Below, in pieces: positions 18,518-27,505 of a DNA stretch of 64,000 bases. Numbering within the stretch: the stretch's first letter is position 1; each line of letters opens with the position of its first letter. The translations under genes and the position numbers were made by a program. The stretch lies in sequence record NC_041974.1; one strand, given 5' to 3'. Below the pieces are notes generated by a model that did no database searches, was not told where the DNA came from, and saw nothing but the letters and a program-made list of their open reading frames with translations.

Positions 18518-19066
18518 ATGACGCTGAAGAGTAATGAACAATTAAATGCCGAGACCCCTGAACTGCGTGACCTGGTTATTGTCATTGACGGTTTGAACGT
18601 CCTGGACTTGAATCTGGCACCAGGGGCCCGTGCACCGCGTTACAGTGTTCAACTGTCAGGCGACATGGGGTTGACCGCAACCAATAAACGTGCAGTCTAT
18701 GGTCATGCCGCACAATTGCTAAACGCACTCCTGGAGAGAGGGTTCTCTGCCCATGCAAACGTGTCACGTGATGATCTGGACAACGACACCGCACGTGCAA
18801 CTGAACTCATGCAGCAAGCGATCACTTTACTGGTTGAGACGGGTGAAGATGTTATCGTACGTTGCCATTCGTTATCCATTTCAGTCACCACGGTTAATTT
18901 CGACCTGACTGAACTGCGTGTTATCAGCGATGAAGCAATGGCGAAGGTCGAGTTCCTGCTAGCCCAACCCGGTGAACCGTCTGAGGCGTTAACTAAGTTG
19001 ATGACCGGTAAGCGTAAGAACCTGATCCGTGAAGACCTGGGTAATGATGACCAGTCACCAATCTAG
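18518..19066 (+). CDS. Hypothetical protein
   Basis: AAGGA RBS. Confidence 0.8.
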   Translation: MTLKSNEQLNAETPELRDLVIVIDGLNVLDLNLAPGARAPRYSVQLSGDMGLTATNKRAVYGHAAQLLNALLERGFSAHANVSRDDLDNDTARATELMQQAITLLVETGEDVIVRCHSLSISVTTVNFDLTELRVISDEAMAKVEFLLAQPGEPSEALTKLMTGKRKNLIREDLGNDDQSPI

Positions 19067-19237
19067 TAATTAAATACTAGACAGTGTAATCATATACGTA
19101 AAGGGGTCTGGTGAAAGCCATATCCCTTTTGGTTATGCTGTCTTTTTTTTTTTGGTTAAGAAATACTAGCCTTCTCCATTATATGCAATTTACACGATAC
19201 ACTTTTCTATTTATTACATCAGCAAGAGAGATAAGAC

Positions 19238-19381
19238 ATGAGCGCACCTGAAGAATTTGATATGGACGGCCTGGAATCACTGGATCTGGAAGGCGCTGAG
19301 AAAGCGGCAGAAGAGAAAGCAGCCGGCGGTGGCGAAGCCCTGTCTGATGGCGAAGCAGATTGCGAAGGCTGCAAGATCTAA
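19238..19381 (+). CDS. 47-aa acidic peptide resembling the NrdA C-terminal redox tail (not in ORF track)
   Basis: MSAPEEFDMDGLESLDLEGAEKAAEEKAAGGGEALSDGEADCEGCKI-stop; GAGAG RBS; codon usage like neighbouring genes. Confidence 0.75.
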   Translation: MSAPEEFDMDGLESLDLEGAEKAAEEKAAGGGEALSDGEADCEGCKI

Positions 19382-19434
19382 ATACCGTGATGTGAATCGG
19401 GTCTGATATGGGATCAGTTAACCGAGGAAACATC

Positions 19435-19734
19435 ATGAACATTTATCTTGTCCAACGCAAATCAGAGCCCCGTTACACACCGGATTCATTTATCGCTGTT
19501 GCAACATCGACCGAAGAGGTGCTGATGATTCACCCTAGCTACTTTCAGGGAAAGAACACACCTGTGAAGTTCGACGAGGCAATGGCCGCCCTCTGGGCGA
19601 ATGAGTTATCCGATAGTCCAATGGATCATAACTGGGTCACCGATAAGAACGAGCTCGAGGTCACCTATCTGGGTGAGGCTGCGATGGAGTTCACCGACCC
19701 CACGATCATTGAGATGTGGTACGGGTACGCCTGA
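19435..19734 (+). CDS. Hypothetical protein
   Basis: GAGGA RBS before ATG 19435. Confidence 0.75.
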   Translation: MNIYLVQRKSEPRYTPDSFIAVATSTEEVLMIHPSYFQGKNTPVKFDEAMAALWANELSDSPMDHNWVTDKNELEVTYLGEAAMEFTDPTIIEMWYGYA

Positions 19735-19741
19735 TCATACG

Positions 19742-19767
19742 GGGAGGCTTCGGCCTCCCTTTATGCC
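19742..19767 (+). terminator. Hairpin followed by TTTATGCC
   Basis: GGGAGGC-TTCG-GCCTCCC-TTTATGCC. Confidence 0.8.
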
Positions 19768-19811
19768 GGTCGTTATCCTATGACTTGTATTTGGCAGGTC
19801 TGAGGTGACGT

Positions 19812-20423
19812 ATGTTTAAACGTTTCATGTTCTATCTGTTCAGTAAGTTATTTGACCATAAAGGGGAGTACACCATGTCCGAAGCAGTGAAAGATCAGCA
19901 AAGTAATGATGTTAATGCAACCAACGATGTTGAGGTGCAGCCAACACCTGCTGAGACCTCTGCACCGGAACTGGCATCTAACGATGTGGTTGCCGCACCT
20001 GAAGCCGCAGGCGATGCCCGTCCTGAAGTCCAGGACACGGTAGAGTCGACGCCAGTGGTGATTGAACCGGTTGCAGTTGTTGAACCATCCGCACCTGTCG
20101 TGGCACCTGCCCCTGTTGTTGTACCTGCGGCTGAGCCAGCTCCCGCACCTGTAGCACCGACCACCCCGACCGACAGCGATAAGACTGAAGGCGAACCCGA
20201 TACCAATCGCTTCGACCATCTGGCCAGCACCTTGAAGAGTTTACTTCAGGTAGCCGGTCATGAGCTCGACGAAGCATTTGACGATGCAGTACCTTTGGCA
20301 AAACAGATCGCTTCCAGTGACGAAGAGTTCGGTGACAAGCTGAAAGACATCCTTGTGGTTGTCGGTCGTGAATACGGCGAAGCTTTCCATCATTTCTTCA
20401 GCTATGCGAAGAAGCACATCTAA
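19812..20423 (+). CDS. Pro/Ala/Val-rich acidic protein; alternative start at 19875
   Basis: GAGGTG RBS for 19812 and GGGGAG RBS for 19875. Confidence 0.8.
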   Translation: MFKRFMFYLFSKLFDHKGEYTMSEAVKDQQSNDVNATNDVEVQPTPAETSAPELASNDVVAAPEAAGDARPEVQDTVESTPVVIEPVAVVEPSAPVVAPAPVVVPAAEPAPAPVAPTTPTDSDKTEGEPDTNRFDHLASTLKSLLQVAGHELDEAFDDAVPLAKQIASSDEEFGDKLKDILVVVGREYGEAFHHFFSYAKKHI

Positions 20424-20431
20424 GAAAACAG

Positions 20432-20460
20432 GGGGCGGGATTTCCTGCCCCTTTTATGCC
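20432..20460 (+). terminator. Hairpin followed by TTTTATGCC
   Basis: GGGGCGGG-ATTT-CCTGCCCC-TTTTATGCC. Confidence 0.8.
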
Positions 20461-20501
20461 GATTATCCTATAACTGACTTACATCATTAAAGGGTTTTAC
20501 C

Positions 20502-21467
20502 ATGACAGTTATTCAGCACGAGGCTATTGGTTATTGCGGGCATGCCATGATGGTGCACCAAATGGAAAAAGATCAAGCAACCATTAAGCAATACGCAAAG
20601 CAGTTGGAAGGTGCCGGGCTGGAGGCGTTTGATACTCCTTCGCACAAACTGGTACTGCAGGGCATGTCTGCTCGCTACGGCGATTACATGAAGCTTGGTT
20701 CTGGTCAGGAAGGACTGGGAACAATGGTTCTGTTGGGAGTGGCTATCGGTGGTGGGGTAGCAGCATATAAGAAATTGATGCTGGCGAAAAACTCCCCGAT
20801 TACAAAAGATATCAGTGATGTATTGAGTAAGGTCACTGAAACCTATACCCCGAAATGGCTCGAAGGTAAAACATCGGTTAATAAAGATGTGACTTGCGGA
20901 AAACTGAATAAGTTATTCGGTGGGTCGGAGTTGTCAGTACTTGATACTGCAGCCATCAAATACGCCACACAAGCTGAACGTGAAACAAAAGCAGCCGGCG
21001 TATATTTGACAGGTGCGTGGGATAAAATAAAACCTCTGTTAGAGCGGTGGAAGAAAGCTGGTGAAGGGGAGGAGGATGAAGTCATCGAGCTAATGACTGA
21101 TCTATACCCAGAGCCGCCTTACTCTACTATGCCTGCTATTCATGCCAATACCCCTGGGGGTAAAGGTGAAAAAGTTAAAGCTCTCTCAGAGGCTGAATAC
21201 CCTAAAGCGGTTGCGTTATTGAAAGCACTCCTGAAAGCCGCCGAAGAAGTCGACGGGATGTCTTACGATATTGCCAATAACGTTGGCTTTAAAGATCACT
21301 GGTACGATGGTATCCCGGCCGATAAACGTGGTGAGGAACACGCATTCCAATACGGACACTACCGCTACTACCTTGACCATTGTGGCGTAAAGACATGGAA
21401 CCAACACGAAACATTGATCAATGCAGCGCGCGGTGTCGAGGAATGGATCACCAAGTCATTTAAGTAA
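20502..21467 (+). CDS. Putative internal head protein
   Basis: N-terminal propeptide-like region with AGLE and SGQE, then a hydrophobic segment; resembles phiKZ-type head proteins. Confidence 0.6.
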   Translation: MTVIQHEAIGYCGHAMMVHQMEKDQATIKQYAKQLEGAGLEAFDTPSHKLVLQGMSARYGDYMKLGSGQEGLGTMVLLGVAIGGGVAAYKKLMLAKNSPITKDISDVLSKVTETYTPKWLEGKTSVNKDVTCGKLNKLFGGSELSVLDTAAIKYATQAERETKAAGVYLTGAWDKIKPLLERWKKAGEGEEDEVIELMTDLYPEPPYSTMPAIHANTPGGKGEKVKALSEAEYPKAVALLKALLKAAEEVDGMSYDIANNVGFKDHWYDGIPADKRGEEHAFQYGHYRYYLDHCGVKTWNQHETLINAARGVEEWITKSFK

Positions 21468-21476
21468 TCGCTACGA

Positions 21477-21506
21477 GGGGAGGGATAACACCTCCCCTTT
21501 TATGCC
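21477..21506 (+). terminator. Hairpin followed by TTTTATGCC
   Basis: GGGGAGG-GATAACA-CCTCCCC-TTTTATGCC. Confidence 0.8.
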
Positions 21507-21551
21507 GGACGAGGAATCGTATAGGTGCTTTTGCCAACGAGGAATCTTATC

Positions 21552-22334
21552 GTGTTTGAAATGCTTTTAGGCGGTAGTCCGAACGGGAACTTGCCATTTG
21601 GGCAGTTGTTAGCCAAAACAACAACAGACTTTACAGTCCCTGCTGGAGTGACCGATATTTCCGGTGTTGCTATCGGTGGTGGGGGTGGGAACTCACGCGG
21701 CAATACCATTGGTGGGTCAGGGGGTGATTTGCGCTGGCGGAATCACATTGCCGTTATTCCAGGTGAAGTGCTGTCACTTATTACCGGTGTGGTAACAGCG
21801 GCTGGGAAACCGGGCACCTCCAGTAAGATCATCCGTAAGTCAACCGGCGAAGTATTACTGATCGCTAAAGGCGGTGACTCCACTGATGTATCAACACCGA
21901 TCAATGGAGCTGATATAGGTGGCGGGAACGGTGGTGCTGGTACCAATCCATCAGGTGGTGGTGCTGGCGGGTATACCGGCAATGGTGGTAAAGGTGGTTC
22001 AGCTGCCGATGTTGATTCTGGTGGTGGCGGTGGTGGTGGTTCTTATACCTTCAGCGGAAACAGTTTTGGTTGTGGCGGTGGTGGTGTCTACCCTAACGGT
22101 AAAGGCGCTGATGGTGGCGCACCCCCTGTCAATACCGGCAGTCAGGCGTTTGGTGGTAAAGGGGGTTCTGGTGGTAATCCTGGTCAAAACACGAATGGGG
22201 GCTTATACGGCGGCGGCGCTGGCGCACCCATTAGGATAACCTTTGCAACAACAGGGACTGCCGGCTGCATCAGACTCATCTGGGGTTCGGGTCGTGCTTT
22301 CCCAGCTACGAAGACCGCAGATATTACAGCATAA
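21552..22334 (+). CDS. Glycine-rich virion or tail-fibre-associated protein
   Basis: GTG start with GAGGA RBS gives MFEMLL; FTVPAGV..AIGGGG; GGGAGGYTG repeats; IRLIWG..RAFP; paralogue of 33831..34670. Confidence 0.75.
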   Translation: MFEMLLGGSPNGNLPFGQLLAKTTTDFTVPAGVTDISGVAIGGGGGNSRGNTIGGSGGDLRWRNHIAVIPGEVLSLITGVVTAAGKPGTSSKIIRKSTGEVLLIAKGGDSTDVSTPINGADIGGGNGGAGTNPSGGGAGGYTGNGGKGGSAADVDSGGGGGGGSYTFSGNSFGCGGGGVYPNGKGADGGAPPVNTGSQAFGGKGGSGGNPGQNTNGGLYGGGAGAPIRITFATTGTAGCIRLIWGSGRAFPATKTADITA

Positions 22335-22393
22335 ATGTTAAGGGATAAATAGGTTATAAATATATGAAACCCTCCCCTCATTGAGATTGAATT

Positions 22394-22972
22394 ATGGCCA
22401 AGATGACTTTCTATTACGCTTCGATGAACGCCGGCAAATCCACTGCGTGCATTCAAGCGGGTTACAACTATTTAGAACGCGGACTGCGGGCCTTGATGAT
22501 CAAGCCTGAAGTTGATAACCGTGATGCCACAGAGAAGGTCAGCTCGCGCGTCGGTCTCAGTGCAAAGGCGGTTGTTTTTGACAGTGAGGTTAATCTAACC
22601 GAACTGGTATTACACCAGATGAAGACTTCCAAGGTCTCGGTGGTGCTGGTTGATGAAGCGCAGTTCCTGACACCGGATCAAGTCAAAGAGCTCAGTGACA
22701 TCGCCGACTTCGAAGACATCCCCGTGGTCTGTTATGGTTTGCGTACCGATTTCCAAGGTGAACTCTTTCCTGGGTCTGCAGCCTTGATGGCTCGCTCAGA
22801 TCGCCTTAAAGAACTGATCGGTGTTTGCCACTGTGGTAAGACAGCTCACTTCGTACTGCGTCGTGATGACAAAGGTCAGGTGGTGAAAGAAGGCGAGCAA
22901 ATCCTGATTGGCGGGAATGACCGCTATGAAGCAGTGTGTCGCAAGCACCATCGCGTTGCTATGCTGAGTTAA
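22394..22972 (+). CDS. tdk: Thymidine kinase
   Basis: YASMNAGKST, VSSRVG, VLVDEAQFL, YGLRTDFQGELFPGS, CHCG and YEAVCRKH. Confidence 0.97.
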   Translation: MAKMTFYYASMNAGKSTACIQAGYNYLERGLRALMIKPEVDNRDATEKVSSRVGLSAKAVVFDSEVNLTELVLHQMKTSKVSVVLVDEAQFLTPDQVKELSDIADFEDIPVVCYGLRTDFQGELFPGSAALMARSDRLKELIGVCHCGKTAHFVLRRDDKGQVVKEGEQILIGGNDRYEAVCRKHHRVAMLS

Positions 22973-22987
22973 GCCTAAGAGGTAGGT

Positions 22988-23704
22988 ATGTTAGAAATGA
23001 TAATGGCGATGCCAAAGGCGCTGATACCTAAAGCCGGTCAGCCGCTGATGGGGTTTAACTTTGATCAGGGTAAAAGTATTAGTGCGCCTAGTGCAACCGC
23101 GTACTCCGGCGGGACGATTGAAACACTTAGCGCCAGTAACGCCCTTGCGGGATATGGTCGTAGCTTGCGTTGTAATGGCACGGTCACCAACGTTACCCCG
23201 CTGAGCGCATTATCAACCCTCGGGCTGGGTGATTTCACTTTAGAGTGTTACGCCTGGATGACCACGATTCCTAGTGCCTATTTCCAGCTCTTCCTGCTCC
23301 AGTTCGCTAACGGCAAATACCTCACCATCCGTGTGGGTGATGGCGGGTACGGCCAGCGCATGCAGGTAGGGATCGATTTAGGCAATGGCGGTAACTACTG
23401 CAGTAGCAAGACTGGTCCTTCATTGCGTAACGGCTGGCACCATTATGCTTTTGTGCGTAAAGCCGGGAAGTGTCGCTTCTTCATTGATGGGCAGCTTCAG
23501 TTACTGGCGCTGGGCACTAGCACCACCTTTAACCTCACTGAGTTTAACGGGAACTTTGATCTGTCGGGTAATTTGAGTTCGTTCGCTATTGGTAAAGCCA
23601 ACTCCGGTGTAGGTGATATGTACATGCCTGAATTCCTCTTGTCCAATACCGCACGCTATCAAGAAACCTTTACACCACCTCCCGGTCCTATCTACCGCCC
23701 GTGA
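22988..23704 (+). CDS. LamG/concanavalin A-like jelly-roll protein, likely virion fibre component
   Basis: DFTLECYAW, GWHHYAFVR..RFFIDG and SNTARY..FTPP; MLEMIM N-terminus. Confidence 0.75.
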   Translation: MLEMIMAMPKALIPKAGQPLMGFNFDQGKSISAPSATAYSGGTIETLSASNALAGYGRSLRCNGTVTNVTPLSALSTLGLGDFTLECYAWMTTIPSAYFQLFLLQFANGKYLTIRVGDGGYGQRMQVGIDLGNGGNYCSSKTGPSLRNGWHHYAFVRKAGKCRFFIDGQLQLLALGTSTTFNLTEFNGNFDLSGNLSSFAIGKANSGVGDMYMPEFLLSNTARYQETFTPPPGPIYRP

Positions 23705-23710
23705 CATTCT

Positions 23711-23737
23711 GCCAGGGTTTGTCCCTGGCTTTATGCC
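23711..23737 (+). terminator. Hairpin followed by TTTATGCC
   Basis: GCCAGGG-TTTGT-CCCTGGC-TTTATGCC. Confidence 0.8.
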
Positions 23738-23754
23738 GCCCAAAGTATCTCAGT

Positions 23755-23773
23755 CCTACATTACCCTTGTGTA
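23755..23773 (+). promoter_or_regulatory. Putative phage early promoter
   Basis: CCTACATTAC-cctt-GTGTA. Confidence 0.7.
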
Positions 23774-23827
23774 GAAAACAACATTGTTAACTTAACCTAT
23801 AGTGTTTTAGCTGGGAGGTTTCTTAAG

Positions 23828-24190
23828 ATGAATCACTTATTATTGGATGTGACCGAGAATGTCACCCCGATCACGCGCCAATTTACCAATACCGATTGGG
23901 ATGGCATCCTGCGCGATGTTAGCTTGTACATCATGCGCCTTTACTGTGCCTCCCGAGTACTTGGCGAACATATTCCCCATAACCCTGCGGCGCACTTAAA
24001 GGACATTCAGTGGCGCTATGGCTTTGACCCAAATGACGGGCCGGTCTCGGTAGAGTTTGTGAAACTGTATAAATGCCTGAGTGATACCATCGGGCTTTAT
24101 GTGACACAGACCAACCCCACTAAACTGTTAACCGTAGTACGTGTTTCAACGGCTAACAACATTTTTCAACTGCACTTAGGATATGCCTGA
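23828..24190 (+). CDS. Hypothetical protein
   Basis: GGGAGG RBS; stop overlaps the hslU start. Confidence 0.8.
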   Translation: MNHLLLDVTENVTPITRQFTNTDWDGILRDVSLYIMRLYCASRVLGEHIPHNPAAHLKDIQWRYGFDPNDGPVSVEFVKLYKCLSDTIGLYVTQTNPTKLLTVVRVSTANNIFQLHLGYA

Positions 24191-25899
24191 TGTCATCATT
24201 AACCACCAATGAAGTTGTTGAGCATTTAGACCAGTACGTAATTGGACAGGTAAATGCCAAACGGGCGATCGCATTGGCGTATCGTGAACGAAGCTTGAAA
24301 GCGGAGAACAGCGGAGAAGGCTGGCGTTATATCACCCCGTCTAACATCATGATGGTCGGGCCGTCAGGCAGCGGTAAGACGGAACTGGCTAAGCAGTTAG
24401 CGGACATGACCAACTCACCTTTTGTGAAGTGCGAGATCACCGAGTTCACACAAGTCGGTTACTACGGGCGCGACGTTAAAACCATTCTGACTGATCTGTT
24501 GAAAGAAGCCATTCGGATTGCCCCGGAGATCTGGCGGAAAGAAAACAAACCAAAACTCAGTAAAGCGAACCGTGACCTGTTGGCACTGATGCTCAAAGAC
24601 CCAGAGACGTTGGATGCCTTTGCTAAAGCACTGAACATCACTGCTGATAAATGCACCGTGCCGTTTGTGGAAGAGAAGCTCCTCAACGGCACTACCCTGC
24701 GCAAACTCAATGTGCGTTATGGTTGGCGAGCGAATCCTTTATTGGCCGCCATCGATAAGCGGGCGGATAAACCGGAGAAGGGAGAAGAAGAGCCCCCAAT
24801 GGAAGATGCGGCGGCGTGGACGCAGTGGTATGTCCGCACCAAGATGAACTTTAGCAAGCTCGGGTATTCAGGCACTGAAGACAGTCTGGTGAAAGAAGCT
24901 GCCCGCGTGTTAGAAGCGATTCCTATTAAGGATAAGATGGAACCGGTGCTGATTGAGGTGATTGGCGAAACCCTTAATGAGAAACGCAAAAAGATCATCG
25001 CTGCCCGCGGCGCCAGTCAACCGAAACTGATTCGTCTGCTGCTGGATGAGAAAGACTACAAAGCCCTGTGCCGTAAGCTACTGGAAACAATGGGTTCCCG
25101 ACTGTGGATGAAGCTTGACACCATCATCGATATCGGTGATGCGCTGAATCAAAGCAAGAACCCACCGCCGGACTTCATTGTTAAACTGGTTGAAGAACGC
25201 GGCATTGTCTTCATTGATGAGTTCGACAAGATCTTCCTCGACAGCCGGGGCGAGAACGTCGGTAACATGGGTGTAGTGCGTGACCTGATGCCTTACCTTG
25301 ATGGGGTCGTGACTGAAGTCTCTACGGTCAATGAACGTGAACGGGGTGGTGGGTTATTTGGTGAACGGAACGAGAAGTACATCATCAATACCGCTAATAT
25401 CCTCTGGATCGCATCAGGTGCGTTTCATCTCGCTAAGGTGAGTGATGTGCCCGCTGAGATCTTAGGACGTCTCCCTGTGCATGTGAAGCTCAATCGCTTG
25501 ACTGCAGACGATCTGGAAAAGGTACTCATCAAACCCCACGGGTCGATCATTGCGGGTGTCACGCTGCTGATGTCAGCGGAAGGAGCTGAGTTCGTTATTG
25601 ATGCTGCTGCGATTCGTGCCATTGCTGATCTGGCCTATGAGTGCAATACCGTCGGCGAGGACACCGGAGCACGTCGTCTGAAAGGCGTCTGCTTCGAGCT
25701 GTTCCGCGACATGCTCTATGGCGCATCCAACCTATTACCTGACCAAAAGAAAGTGCACTTCACCGCAGAGCAAGTGATGGCTGAGCGTGAACGCATTCTG
25801 GCGACTGTTGAGCGCCGTAAAGAAAAACCCAAAGAAACCGACCCTGCTCAGCGCTTTGCAAAAGCCATGAAAGAGCTCGGGACTTTGGTTAACAATTAA
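24190..25899 (+). CDS. hslU: HslU/ClpY-like AAA+ ATPase
   Basis: LDQYVIGQ..AKRAIA; NIMMVGPSGSGKTE; TEFTQVGYYGRDV; GIVFIDEFDK; LWIASGAF; EILGRLP; TGARRL. Confidence 0.92.
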   Translation: MSSLTTNEVVEHLDQYVIGQVNAKRAIALAYRERSLKAENSGEGWRYITPSNIMMVGPSGSGKTELAKQLADMTNSPFVKCEITEFTQVGYYGRDVKTILTDLLKEAIRIAPEIWRKENKPKLSKANRDLLALMLKDPETLDAFAKALNITADKCTVPFVEEKLLNGTTLRKLNVRYGWRANPLLAAIDKRADKPEKGEEEPPMEDAAAWTQWYVRTKMNFSKLGYSGTEDSLVKEAARVLEAIPIKDKMEPVLIEVIGETLNEKRKKIIAARGASQPKLIRLLLDEKDYKALCRKLLETMGSRLWMKLDTIIDIGDALNQSKNPPPDFIVKLVEERGIVFIDEFDKIFLDSRGENVGNMGVVRDLMPYLDGVVTEVSTVNERERGGGLFGERNEKYIINTANILWIASGAFHLAKVSDVPAEILGRLPVHVKLNRLTADDLEKVLIKPHGSIIAGVTLLMSAEGAEFVIDAAAIRAIADLAYECNTVGEDTGARRLKGVCFELFRDMLYGASNLLPDQKKVHFTAEQVMAERERILATVERRKEKPKETDPAQRFAKAMKELGTLVNN

Positions 25900-25914
25900 C
25901 CCTCTGGAGTTGTC

Positions 25915-26454
25915 ATGGACCACAATACCGCTCTTTGTACGTTAAACCCGAAAGTCTTGATTCAGAATGAGTTGTATCGCTTCATTCGTCTGTATGCTTT
26001 GTTTAATGACTTGGATGTCCACGATGTGAACGCAATAACCAAGAAGATCAATTCTGGGGATTGTGGTCTGGCGGCAATTACTGTGCACCACCTGCTAAAG
26101 GAAAAGTACAAACTGGATACGGATATCCTGATGTGCCGTAATCACTGTTGGCTGGCTTATCATGAAGGTGAATACGATACGGCCTTTCCCGGCGGGTACA
26201 CGAAACGGGTGGTGGAGGTCTGGGACGGAAGCCCGGATGAATCCGTCCACTATTTAACCTTTCAGGAAGCGTGTGATGAATGGATGCCGATGGATGTCAA
26301 AGGGGCTTACATTGTAAAAGCCTTCTGCGCTATCACATGGACACAGTTTCCCAAAGAGCTTCAGCATTGCTTAGACAATGCGGACGAATATGAGATGCCG
26401 GGTATTGCAGCGCAGTACGAGGCGAAATGTAAATTTGTCACTGACAAGATGTAG
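25915..26454 (+). CDS. Hypothetical protein with predicted Cys-His-Asp motif
   Basis: INSGDCGLAA..HCWLAYHEGEYD; paralogue of 17760..18488. Confidence 0.7.
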   Translation: MDHNTALCTLNPKVLIQNELYRFIRLYALFNDLDVHDVNAITKKINSGDCGLAAITVHHLLKEKYKLDTDILMCRNHCWLAYHEGEYDTAFPGGYTKRVVEVWDGSPDESVHYLTFQEACDEWMPMDVKGAYIVKAFCAITWTQFPKELQHCLDNADEYEMPGIAAQYEAKCKFVTDKM

Positions 26455-26461
26455 GTGGATT

Positions 26462-27001
26462 ATGTCTGACGTTATCGTTATTCCTCGTTTAAGTGTAGTA
26501 AAAGGCGGATCGTATCAGCAGGTCAGTGGTGGTGTGTTAGCACAACTGCGACTTATCCTTGGTCCGGATATCCGCAACGTTGTGTTGCATGGTGCCCAGC
26601 GCAGTCATGCTAAGTTGTTAGTGGATGCCCTGCGGGCTGAGTACGAGCCCTTTGGTGTGACGCTGCAGTTCAACGCCAAGCCGTTGTATGACACGTTGGA
26701 CATCAGCTGGCCAGACAGTGACGCGGTGACGATCCTCACCCTTCGCCCTGAAGAGTTTGATATCGAAGCGCCGTTACGTCTGAGTCACGATACCCACATC
26801 GTGGTTATCAGCACCAAACCGATCCTGACCACCCAATTGCTCAATCTCTACGACCATGCCGTTATGAGCGGTGTGCACGTTACCCTGTTCACCACTGGGT
26901 ATGTCCCAGCTGGGATCGTGTTGCTCGAGCCGTTGGAAGGGTTTGTTTATCAGCCGATGATTGACAACGTTATCAAGACACGGGCGATGGCACACGTGTA
27001 A
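26462..27001 (+). CDS. Hypothetical protein
   Basis: AGGTGG RBS before ATG 26462. Confidence 0.7.
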   Translation: MSDVIVIPRLSVVKGGSYQQVSGGVLAQLRLILGPDIRNVVLHGAQRSHAKLLVDALRAEYEPFGVTLQFNAKPLYDTLDISWPDSDAVTILTLRPEEFDIEAPLRLSHDTHIVVISTKPILTTQLLNLYDHAVMSGVHVTLFTTGYVPAGIVLLEPLEGFVYQPMIDNVIKTRAMAHV

Positions 27002-27095
27002 TTGGCGACATAATCTGCTGTTTATATGTTAACCGGCCTCCTGGTTATTCCGGGAGGCTTTTATAGCAGCATTCATTTTTTTATCGAGGTTGGGT

Positions 27096-27446
27096 ATGGT
27101 TGGTATTGGCTTATCTGTCTGCTTTCGTTTACGTGCAGAAGAAGTCGACCCTTTCTTGGTGGGGGTGTGTAATTACGATGTCCTGATCACCGAGGAACGG
27201 GTGCCCAGTTTATTGAAAGAGCTGGAGGGGATGTATAAGCGGGTGATGTATCGTTACGATCATCAGTGTGATTTCAAACTGGAAGGTAACCTGCTGGAGA
27301 TCGTGTTGCCGTTTCACCCTAACCCGTTCGAAGGAAAGCTTGCACCGGCAATCACCGTGCGCATCCCTAAAGATGTGAACTATGCGGTGAACGGCTGTAT
27401 GAAAGAAACCCATGAAGTGTTGTATCCGCTGACCAAAGCAGCTTAA
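27096..27446 (+). CDS. Hypothetical protein
   Basis: GAGG RBS. Confidence 0.7.
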   Translation: MVGIGLSVCFRLRAEEVDPFLVGVCNYDVLITEERVPSLLKELEGMYKRVMYRYDHQCDFKLEGNLLEIVLPFHPNPFEGKLAPAITVRIPKDVNYAVNGCMKETHEVLYPLTKAA

Positions 27447-27458
27447 AGAATTTATAAA

Positions 27459-27477
27459 CCTACATTACTCTCGTGAT
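27459..27477 (+). promoter_or_regulatory. Putative phage early promoter
   Basis: CCTACATTAC-tctc-GTGAT. Confidence 0.7.
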
Positions 27478-27505
27478 GTAAGATAATTAACTAAGTGGGT
27501 GCATT

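Noticed and set aside
18518-19066. Broken nrdA upstream of the CEGCKI peptide
   Set aside because: The upstream ORF has no NrdA motifs and is separated from the peptide by a hairpin/T-tract region.
21900-22220. GGT/GGC-rich repeats here, at 33900-34300 and at 62150-62340
   Set aside because: Explained by poly-Gly and Arg-Gly protein sequence, not DNA repeat elements.
26462-27001. P-loop NTPase call for 26462 (also 3800 and 16544)
   Set aside because: Only a vague strand-Gly-helix pattern; no GxxxxGK[ST].
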